Assembly: GCF_009914755.1 (NCBI RefSeq)
Contig: NC_060928.1
Origin: the human T2T-CHM13v2.0 reference genome, Homo sapiens
Strand: one strand, 5' to 3'
Length of the DNA stretch: 64,000 nt
Of this stretch, positions 61,565 through 64,000 are shown one piece after another. The notes under the pieces were generated by a model. It searched no databases. It had not been told where the DNA came from and saw only the letters and a list, made by a program, of their open reading frames with translations. Every line of letters begins with the position of its first letter. The first letter of the stretch is position 1. A program made the position numbers and the translations under genes.

Positions 61565-62231
61565 TTTTATTTATTTATTTATTTTTATTTTTATTTTTTT
61601 GAGACAGAGTCTCGCTGTGTTGCCCAGGCTGGGGTGCAGTGACGCGATCTCAGCTCACTGCAACCTCCATCTCCTGGGTTCAGGCAGTTCTCCTGCCTCA
61701 GCCCCCTGAGTAGCTGGGATTACAGGTGTGCACTACCACACCTGGCTAATTTTGTATTTTTAGTAGAGATGGGGTTTTGCCATGTTGGCCAGGCTGGTCT
61801 CAAACTCCCTGACGTTAACCTCAGGTGATCCACCCGTTTTGGCCTCCCAAAGTGCTAGGATTACAGGTGTGAGCCACCATGCCCAGCCAGGTCTAGTATT
61901 TTAAACACCACCACTACCACCACCACCAAACAATATAGGAATAAAAATGCTTCCACTCTGAAATCCCACCTGATATAGGTAATCACTGGTAATATGCACT
62001 ATTTATATTGAAACTCATGTTACTGAAAGTTTTGATTAGTTCTGGAAACTTTTATTTAAACAAAATCTTACAGAGATTTGATATCTTCTTTTCTTTTCTT
62101 TCTTCTTTCTTGTAGAGATGGTATCTCACTTTGTTGCCTAGGCTGGCCTTGATCTCCTCCTGGCCTCAAGCAATCCTGCCCTGGCCTCCCAAAGTGCTGG
62201 GATTACAAGCATGAGCCACTGCACCCAGCCT
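61565..62231 (-). mobile_element. AluS (61565-61888) and an Alu left-monomer/FLAM (62100-62231)
   Basis: Alu consensus. Confidence 0.85.
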
Positions 62232-63256
62232 GAGATTTGATTTGATATTTTCTTTTCTTTCTTTTTTTTTTTTTAGATAAGCATGTAATAATAATTACTG
62301 CCTCCCTGCTAGTGGAGAGCTCTGGCTCAGCAGTTCTCAACTCTGGCTACACATTAGAATTATTTGGGAGCTTTTGATTTAAAATGATCTGGATCAGGGC
62401 CTGAGCATTGTTATTTTATAGACATTTTCCCCCAAGTGATTGCAATGTGCAGCCAGGGTGGAGAACACAGCAGATGACAAAATAAGTGAGTAAGTTGCAC
62501 TGGGCGATATTGGCAGATCTAAGATTTAAAACTTGTTTGAATGATTATTTATGTGGGGGTGTGTGAAGAGATGTGCATCCAGGGAATACAGTTATATTCT
62601 GTCTGCCAACAACATCATTCCTAGTTCACATGATGGAATAAAATAATCAGTATTTTATGGCATACTATAAAGAGTAGTAGAATGTTCTAGATACCTGAGC
62701 AGATTTGACCACAGCTTCTTTAGGAGAATCTTCTTATTTTCTGCACTGAATCATAGGCATTCCTGAGTGTAAAGTCATATCACAATCAGTTATTCTTTGT
62801 ACAAATGTCCTAATTTATTCATTTATTCAATAAACAGATCTTGAACACTTACTGTGTGCCAGGTAGGTGCATTTAATATCCAAGCCACTGAATGCCAGGC
62901 ACTGAATGCCCAAGGAAGAACTTAACCTTATTCTTAAACTAATATCTTAATATAGATTCTAGCACCAAGTGAGTGATTCTCAGTCCCATAGAGGAGACAA
63001 ACAGGTGCACAAAAGTGGAGGCCAAGGTAACTAAATTTAAATAACTGTACAGCACAGCACCAACCAATCAGAGCAGACCCAGTGACAGTAGTGCCTGCCA
63101 TGGTGAATACCGGCTGTCTGTCAGCTCCAAGTATCGGTAATACGAAGTGCAGTATTTTAAACACCCAAAGAGGAATGTAAACAAGAGGGAGCAGAGAGAA
63201 GGGAACCACTTTTATAATTCCAAATTCATGTTTCCCTCACAGAGGGAGCTGAATTG

Positions 63257-63971
63257 GTGTGGTTGGCTATACCAGTTTTCCATCCTGTCCTGTGTACATA
63301 CCCCTTGCCAAGTGACTGCCGTTCTTCTCCCTGAAGAGGTGGAGTCTGTTTCCTGACTCCTTGGATTCGGGCAGGCCCTCTGACTTGCTTTGGCCAGTAG
63401 AATGCAGCAGAAGTGATGAGGTGCCTGTTCCAAGCTTAGGCTGTAAGACACCTTGGGTAATTCTGCTTGTTCTTTCTCCTCTGTCATCGCTGTGACAAGA
63501 TGCCCCAGATGGCCTGCTGGAGGATGAGAGACCTGGACAAAGCCAAATTGCCCCACTTGCCCCAGACAAGGCTATCCTAGATCAGCTAATAGCCAGCCAG
63601 CACCTACAGTGAAGTTTCTCAGCAGAAGCACTTTGACATTAGGGGTTGGATCATTGTGTTTTGGGGAGCTGTTCATTTTAGGATGGTTAGCATCATCCCT
63701 GGCCTGTACTCACCGGATCCCAGTAGTACCCCCACTGCCAAAGGTGTGACAACCAAAAATGTCTCCAGACATTGCCAGATGCCCCCAAGGGGCAAAACAT
63801 CCTCTGATTGAGAACTTGTGCTCCAGACTTATGAGTGCGTCCAGCTAAGATCAGCAGTGCTACCTAGTTTCTGACCGCAGATACATGAGCAGTAAATGCC
63901 TAGTGTTGTTTACCACTGAAGTGTGTGGATATTTGTCTCATAGCATTGTTGTGGAATAGGTAGCTAATACA
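63257..63971 (+). mobile_element. MLT1F/G-like LTR with a nested MER20 (~63608-63815)
   Basis: MLT1 ends gtagctaataca; the MER20 signature is gtgacaaccaaaaatgtctccagacattgcca. Confidence 0.75.
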
Positions 63972-64000
63972 GTGATCAAAAACATGGAAACATGGAAGTG

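Overview
Primate (very probably human) genomic DNA, dense in interspersed repeats. The only protein-coding feature I can support is the first coding exon of LIMCH1 (ATG at 42624, [34 protein letters not shown] donor at 42720) inside a CpG-island promoter. Positions 1-42 kb are upstream intergenic DNA and 42.7-64 kb is intron 1. The rest is Alu, L1 (including a full-length, ORF-disrupted L1PA5/6-like element), MaLR/ERV1/ERVL LTRs, L2/MIR and hAT fossils; subfamily names are from recall and are approximate. I see no evidence of a new gene system. The most unusual signals are structural. (i) Three local templated insertions lie within about 8 kb: a 36-bp inverted copy of a neighbouring Alu inside an LTR9, a ~220-bp copy of nearby DNA inside an AluJ, and a ~247-bp copy 2 kb from its template. 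All three are of similar divergence. (ii) The full-length L1 carries a ~100-bp MIR-derived 3' transduction inside its TSD. (iii) There are tiny TSD-flanked orphan retro-insertions. (iv) An MCK-type MEF2 site sits in the LIMCH1 promoter. Identities were counted by eye.
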